A stretch of 63,574 nucleotides of DNA, counting the filler. It is 5 parts of 5 records of this genome, joined end to end, with 100 filler letters (N's around TTAATTAATTAA, not from the genome) between each part and the next. Parts side by side here need not be neighbours in the genome. Positions count along the whole stretch, not along the records: positions 57,541 to 63,574 come from DRR723986_8586; 4 more parts are not named here. One strand, written 5' to 3'. Below the pieces are notes generated by a model. The model did not search any database. It was not told the origin of the DNA and saw nothing but the letters and a program-made list of their open reading frames with translations. Positions within the stretch are counted from its first letter, which is position 1. Each line of letters starts with the position of its first letter. The position numbers were made by a program, and so were the translations under genes. Below are positions 58,399-63,574 of this stretch, in pieces.

Positions 58399-58430
58399 GC
58401 CCCGTTTCCCAGAAAAGGAGACGGGGTTTT
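58399..58430. terminator. Intrinsic terminator between convergent genes
   Basis: gccccgtttcc...ggagacggggtttt. Confidence 0.65.
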
Positions 58431-58459
58431 CTTTATGGAATACGGGAACGGTATCTCGA

Positions 58460-60265
58460 TCAGGCGCTTTTGTATTTCACGTCCGGCGCCCAGACATCCA
58501 GCCATTGCAGGATCTCGTCGGCACCGATGGGCGGCGAAAAATAGAAACCCTGGAATAGACGGCAGCCACAGTTTTTCAGGAACTCCAGCTCCTCGCGGGT
58601 TTCAACGCCTTCCGCGAGAACGTCCAGCCCCATGTTCTTGGCCATTGCCAGCATGGCGCCGGCGATTCTCTGCATCTTCGGGTTCTTGTCGAGCCCGGAA
58701 ACGAACGAGCGGTCGATCTTAAGCGTCGCGACCGGTGTTTCGATCAAGGTTGCGATGGAGGAATGTCCGGTGCCGAAGTCATCAAGGGCCAGGGCGAAAC
58801 CTGCCTGTTCCAGGTTACGGCACTGGGCAATCAGCTCCTGATCCGACTGGTCGAAGAGGATCGATTCCAGCAATTCCAGCTGAATGTCCCCGGGCTTCAG
58901 ACCGGCCGCGGCAAGTTCGGCATGCAAGATCGCGACAAACTCCACCGACCTGAGGTTCGATGCCGTCACGTTCAACGAGAGCTTGCCAATGTCCCTGCCT
59001 GCGGATTTCCAGGCAGCAAAATGGGTGAACGCCTTGCACCGTACCTGCCGGTCGATTTCGGACATGATGTTTGCCCTGGTCGCCGTTTCCAGGAAACGGG
59101 CCGGTGGCAACACCCCTTGTTCTGCCGTCTCCCAGCGCGCGACCACCTCCAGGCCGCACACCCGACCCGTGACGATATCGATCTGCGGCTGAAAATAGGG
59201 AACGAACTGGCTGCGTTTCAGACCTTCTTCGATCTGTGAGACCAACCTGCTCGTCTCCTCGTGCCGCCGGATCATCTCCTTTGACAGCAATTTGACGGAC
59301 GACCTGGTGACCTTGGCATCGTAAAGCGCAATATCGGAATTCGCGATAAGCCTGTCGGCGTTCTGCACTTCGCCGGGATGAAACAGGACCACGCCTATAC
59401 TCGCGCTGACCTGGCAGCTGTGCCCGTTGTAGCGGATCGGCATGGCGATCGCATTCAAGAGACGCAGCGCCATGGCATAGAGGTTTTCCTTGTCCGGAGG
59501 CTCAGCCAGAAACAGGGCAAACTCATCACCTCCAAGCCGCGCAGGAAGATCGTTCGGACCGCATATTGCCGACAACGCCTCGGCCGTCTGCATCAGGATC
59601 ATGTCGCCCGCGGTATGACCGAAGTTGTCGTTGACCGACTTGAATTCGTCGAGGTCGATGTGAAGGAGCGCAAACACGTGGCCGGTGTCAGGCAGCTGCA
59701 ACGCCTCTTCCAGACGCCGGTGCAGTGCCCCTCTGTTGGCAATCTCCGTCAGCGTATCCTGTGAGGCCTTCTTTTCCGCTTCGATCTTCGCCGCCTTCAA
59801 TGCAGTTGCCATCTTCTGGCTATCCTCCAGAAGCGTGCGTTGCGCTTCGAAGGAGTAGAAGAGATCGATGGAAAAGTCGTTCGGTTTGAAGTCGGTTTCC
59901 GTCAACCTGAAACGCTCGACGACCTGTGAAAGGTGAAGACCGAAGGACAGGTCCAGAAACACCGTGTCCTCGTCCGCAGCAGCAAGGGCGAAACCGCGAA
60001 ACTGTATAGGCTCGCCATCCTGCGGACATGCGGAAAGGACCAGTTTCGTGCCGAGCCTTTCGCGAACACAGGCCATGGATCTGACGTTACGCGGCCGCTC
60101 AACCGTGAAGACGTCGAACAAGTTTGCTCCCGACGCTTCCGGCCCGAGGATCCGTTCAAGGGTCGGGCCCAGTCCACTGATCCGGCCGCGACTGTCCAGA
60201 ACAACATGCATGGGAAAAAGCATGTCGATGGCCTTGCAGGTCAGATCGAGTTTGGATGCTGTCAA
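58460..60265 (-). CDS. H-NOBA/PAS-GGDEF-EAL c-di-GMP enzyme
   Basis: N-terminal LFPMH (H-NOBA-like), GGDEF, EVVARW, DDFGTG, EGVET. Confidence 0.9.
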   Translation of the reverse strand: MTASKLDLTCKAIDMLFPMHVVLDSRGRISGLGPTLERILGPEASGANLFDVFTVERPRNVRSMACVRERLGTKLVLSACPQDGEPIQFRGFALAAADEDTVFLDLSFGLHLSQVVERFRLTETDFKPNDFSIDLFYSFEAQRTLLEDSQKMATALKAAKIEAEKKASQDTLTEIANRGALHRRLEEALQLPDTGHVFALLHIDLDEFKSVNDNFGHTAGDMILMQTAEALSAICGPNDLPARLGGDEFALFLAEPPDKENLYAMALRLLNAIAMPIRYNGHSCQVSASIGVVLFHPGEVQNADRLIANSDIALYDAKVTRSSVKLLSKEMIRRHEETSRLVSQIEEGLKRSQFVPYFQPQIDIVTGRVCGLEVVARWETAEQGVLPPARFLETATRANIMSEIDRQVRCKAFTHFAAWKSAGRDIGKLSLNVTASNLRSVEFVAILHAELAAAGLKPGDIQLELLESILFDQSDQELIAQCRNLEQAGFALALDDFGTGHSSIATLIETPVATLKIDRSFVSGLDKNPKMQRIAGAMLAMAKNMGLDVLAEGVETREELEFLKNCGCRLFQGFYFSPPIGADEILQWLDVWAPDVKYKSA

Positions 60266-60846
60266 ATTCCGGCCTCGGTTCTCATGGGCTTGAGTGCAGT
60301 GTCGAGGATCCGGATTTCAAAGATGTCGTGATCCGCCTGTTCCGATTTCACCGCGACCTGGTTGACCTCGATGCTCTCACCGGTCTCCTTGGCGAGACCA
60401 TGCAGAAGTCCGACGACCATCGGCGCCAGTCCGTCACGATCGGAATAGTAGTGCAGAATGCAGGATCCATCGTCCTTCTGGTCGACCTCGAAGGACGGCG
60501 GCTTCAGATGTGGCATCGACAGCAGGATCCGGTCGTGCATGTCATCGAGCCCCTTCAACTGCTCGATGAAGGAATTGCCGGCAAGGCGCATCAGATTGCC
60601 GAAATGCGAGGCGCCTGCGTATTCGACCCAGTATTTTCCGAAGATGCTCAGGACGTCCGATGCAGGCAGGCCGGTAAAGCTGCAGATGGCACCGACGAGC
60701 TTGTTGGTGATGGCATCATCATAACTCGACATTCTTTCAAATTCGAGTTCCTCCAGGCCCGCGGTTTCGCAAATGCTTTGCCAGGCCTCGGGTCCGTGGT
60801 TGTCCAGAATGAAGGTGCGAATGCCTTCGTTCACCATTCCATACAT
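60262..60846 (-). CDS. Heme NO-binding (H-NOX) protein
   Basis: MYGMVN start, proximal His (LDDMH), PSF, YYSDR (YxSxR). Confidence 0.92.
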   Translation of the reverse strand: MYGMVNEGIRTFILDNHGPEAWQSICETAGLEELEFERMSSYDDAITNKLVGAICSFTGLPASDVLSIFGKYWVEYAGASHFGNLMRLAGNSFIEQLKGLDDMHDRILLSMPHLKPPSFEVDQKDDGSCILHYYSDRDGLAPMVVGLLHGLAKETGESIEVNQVAVKSEQADHDIFEIRILDTALKPMRTEAGI

Positions 60847-61270
60847 GCAGACTCCTCCAGAGTTAGCATTGTGAGTATACGAATTTGCTTACGTCAGCAT
60901 TAATCAGTTCCAGACATATGTCTGTTTTTAACTGCCATTACTGACGAACAATCACTACTTCCGCGCGAGTTTTCCGATTTAATTACCCAACGTTTCTTTT
61001 TCTCCAAATAACCCATTGAGAAAAACAACAATGAATACCTGAAACTCTTGCCGGAAGAAGGTGCATCGTTTGAGGTGCCGGAAAGGCAACGCCAACCTTC
61101 GTGTCCAGCCCGCCCGCGCCTTCGGTTCGGCCCCTTGCCGGACAGACGGCTTGCAATCGCCATGCAATCCCTCCATCCTCCGCGATCAATCGAGCGTTCA
61201 TGGGAGGAACGATCCGACGGTTTGAAACCGGCGCAAACGGCCGGAAGACCCGAGGTCGGCGGTCGCATTT

Positions 61271-62215
61271 ATGAAAGACCATGTCGAGACAGTTCTGCGA
61301 ACCGTGCAATCGGGATCAGCGCCTGCGCTGTCCCGGATTGCAGCCTCGTGGCGCAGATCGATCGACAAGCACGGCCTGGACCCTGCCGCCCACAAGGCGC
61401 CCCAGCGCATGGGGGACGACCAGCTTTACCGGCGGCGGGAAGAGACAGGTGCCTTCCTGAAAATCGCCACGCCGAAACTGGACCAGTTATTCGGCCTGGT
61501 CGGTCAGTCCGGCTGCACGGTTCTGCTGACCGACGCGGAGGGGGTTGTGCTTGACCAGCGTTGCATGAGCGCCGATGCGGACATCTTTCAGGACTGGGGT
61601 CTCAGCCAGGGCACCGACTGGAGCGAAGCCGCCGTCGGCACAAACGGCATAGGCACCTGCCTTGCCGAGGAACGCAATCTGATCGTCCACCGGCAGGAAC
61701 ATTTCCTGGCTCGCAATGTCGGAATGAGCTGCATGGACGCGCCTATCTATGGTCCGGACGGCAGGCTGGCCGGTGCACTCGATGTGTCTTCTGCCCGTTC
61801 CGACCAGACGGAAACCTTCAACCGGCTGATCGCAGCAATGGTCTCGCAGACTGCAAGACAGATCGAGATCGAAACCTTCCGCGCCGCCTTTCCTGCCGCC
61901 CGTATTATCGTCGCCGACGGGGAAACCACCGATACCGCAATGCTGCTTGCCGTCGACGCCGACGACATCGTTCTCGGGGCAACGCGCGCTGCCAGGAAGG
62001 CCTTTGGGCTTGGTGCAAGCGGCCCTCTGAAGCCCCTGCCCGCTTCCGATCTGCTTGGCCGCGAGGATGGCCCCAGCGGCTTTGAGAAGGCCGAAAGGGC
62101 TGCCGTCATTCGTGCACTGGCGCGGGCCGGCGGCAACGTTTCCGAAGCCGCGCGCGCGCTCGGCATCGGCCGGGCAACCCTTTACCGGCGAATGAAACGG
62201 CTGAACATAGACTGA
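61271..62215 (+). CDS. GAF + Fis-HTH regulator (AcoR-like without AAA+ domain)
   Basis: [36 protein letters not shown]. Confidence 0.88.
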   Translation: MKDHVETVLRTVQSGSAPALSRIAASWRRSIDKHGLDPAAHKAPQRMGDDQLYRRREETGAFLKIATPKLDQLFGLVGQSGCTVLLTDAEGVVLDQRCMSADADIFQDWGLSQGTDWSEAAVGTNGIGTCLAEERNLIVHRQEHFLARNVGMSCMDAPIYGPDGRLAGALDVSSARSDQTETFNRLIAAMVSQTARQIEIETFRAAFPAARIIVADGETTDTAMLLAVDADDIVLGATRAARKAFGLGASGPLKPLPASDLLGREDGPSGFEKAERAAVIRALARAGGNVSEAARALGIGRATLYRRMKRLNID

Positions 62216-62229
62216 TATCCCGGCTGACC

Positions 62230-62247
62230 TGTCTCAGAACTGAGACA
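62230..62247. promoter_or_regulatory. Palindromic operator upstream of the aldehyde dehydrogenase
   Basis: tgtctcag-aa-ctgagaca perfect 8-bp inverted repeat. Confidence 0.55.
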
Positions 62248-62388
62248 CATGCCGGACACAGGCATCTGCCCCCTCCTACCACAGCGCAAGTTCCTCCGGC
62301 ACAGTCCACCCATTCCCGGTGGAGGACCGGGACCTTCGGCCCGTCGCAGCTTCGGTTGCCTGACCGCCGATCTTGTGGAGGAACCCAG

Positions 62389-63574
62389 ATGAATCAGATG
62401 CCCAGTTTTTCCGTCGACACGACGTCTCCGTTCAAGTCCCGCTATGACAACTATATCGGCGGCAAATTCGTTGCGCCTGTGAACGGACGGTATTTCAACA
62501 ACATCACGCCGATTTCCGGCGCCACCGTTTGCGAAGTCGCCCGTTCCGATGCCGCTGACGTTGACCTGGCGCTTGATGCGGCCCATGCGGCCAAGGACGC
62601 CTGGGGCCGGACCCCGGCCGCCGAACGTGCCAATATTCTGCTGAAAATCGCCGATGTCATGGAGCAGAACCTCGACATTCTGGCCAAGGCCGAAACCTGG
62701 GACAACGGCAAGCCGATCCGCGAAACCACGGCAGCCGATATTCCGCTTTCCGTCGACCACTTCCGCTATTTCGCTGGCGTTCTGCGCGGCCAGGAAGGCT
62801 CCATGTCGGAGATCGATGCCGACACCATTGCCTACCACTTCCATGAGCCACTCGGCGTTGTCGGGCAGATCATTCCCTGGAACTTCTCCATCCTGATGGC
62901 TGCCTGGAAACTGGCTCCGGCGCTTGCCGCCGGCAACTGCGTCGTTCTGAAACCGGCCGAGCAGACCCCGGCGGCAATCATGGTGCTGGCGGAGCTCATC
63001 GGCGGCCTGTTGCCGGATGGTGTTCTCAACATCGTCAATGGCTTTGGTGCAGAGGTTGGCGCCCCGCTCGCCAAGTCAAATCGCATCGCCAAGATCGCCT
63101 TTACCGGGTCGACCGAAACCGGCCGGATGATCATGCAGTACGCAACCGAGAACCTCATTCCGGTGACGCTGGAACTGGGCGGCAAGTCGCCGAACATCTT
63201 CTTTTCCGACGTCATGAGCGAAGACGATGCGTTCCTCGACAAGGCCATCGAGGGCTTTGTTCTGTTCGCCTTCAACCAGGGTGAAGTCTGCACCTGTCCG
63301 AGCCGGGCCCTGATCCAGGAAGACATCTACGAAGCCTTCATCGAACGGGCCATCGCCCGTGTGAAAGCCATCAAGCAGGGTGACCCGCGCGCCATCGAGA
63401 CCATGGTCGGTGCCCAGGCCAGCCGCGAGCAGCAGGACAAGATCCTGTCCTATCTGACCATCGGGGTCGAGGAAGGTGCACAAGTGCTGTGCGGCGGCGC
63501 GGAAGCGAAGTTCGACGGCGACCTTTCCGGCGGCTTCTACGTTCAGCCGACCATCCTGAAAGGCCACAACAAGA
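62389..63574 (+). CDS. NAD-dependent aldehyde dehydrogenase (AldB-like), 3' truncated, absent from the ORF track
   Basis: GGAGG RBS, ATG at 62389; [39 protein letters not shown]. Confidence 0.93.
   Translation, partial: MNQMPSFSVDTTSPFKSRYDNYIGGKFVAPVNGRYFNNITPISGATVCEVARSDAADVDLALDAAHAAKDAWGRTPAAERANILLKIADVMEQNLDILAKAETWDNGKPIRETTAADIPLSVDHFRYFAGVLRGQEGSMSEIDADTIAYHFHEPLGVVGQIIPWNFSILMAAWKLAPALAAGNCVVLKPAEQTPAAIMVLAELIGGLLPDGVLNIVNGFGAEVGAPLAKSNRIAKIAFTGSTETGRMIMQYATENLIPVTLELGGKSPNIFFSDVMSEDDAFLDKAIEGFVLFAFNQGEVCTCPSRALIQEDIYEAFIERAIARVKAIKQGDPRAIETMVGAQASREQQDKILSYLTIGVEEGAQVLCGGAEAKFDGDLSGGFYVQPTILKGHNK

Overview
The window is a concatenation of five unrelated contigs joined by artificial 100-nt linkers (N44-TTAATTAATTAA-N44 at 11385-11484, 34829-34928, 44351-44450, 57441-57540), so adjacency across linkers has no meaning. 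Contig 1 (1-11384): a type I R-M operon (hsdM-hsdS-[DUF262/HNH GmrSD-like gene]-hsdR-M48 peptidase) and a transglutaminase-like lipoprotein, bounded by an inverted repeat. Contig 2 (11485-34828, probably alphaproteobacterial): a defence island starting at the 3' end of tRNA-Thr. It carries a tyrosine integrase, a Phd/Doc-like TA pair, a second type I R-M operon preceded by an unannotated 50-aa ribbon-helix-helix gene, an orphan HigA, unknown genes and an Azaca-like DUF6361-PLD-helicase operon. It ends with a divergent Csx16 / two-TM-CARF (Cam1-like) pair beside the eroded trailer of a type III-like CRISPR array that runs off the contig; no core cas genes are visible. Contig 3 (34929-44350, Marinobacter/Pseudomonas-like): split nrdJa/nrdJb followed by an integrase-less integron cassette array (attI-like site, one clear attC, YafO cassette, IS-end-like insert, decayed attCs) and assorted genes. 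Contig 4 (44451-57440): tandem MlrC peptidases, a Dpp-type ABC transporter and two amidohydrolases next to tRNA-Ser. Contig 5 (57541-63574): ccrM, H-NOX plus a GGDEF-EAL gene, and a GAF-Fis regulator with an aldehyde dehydrogenase. All family calls come from motif recognition by eye; no database search was run.
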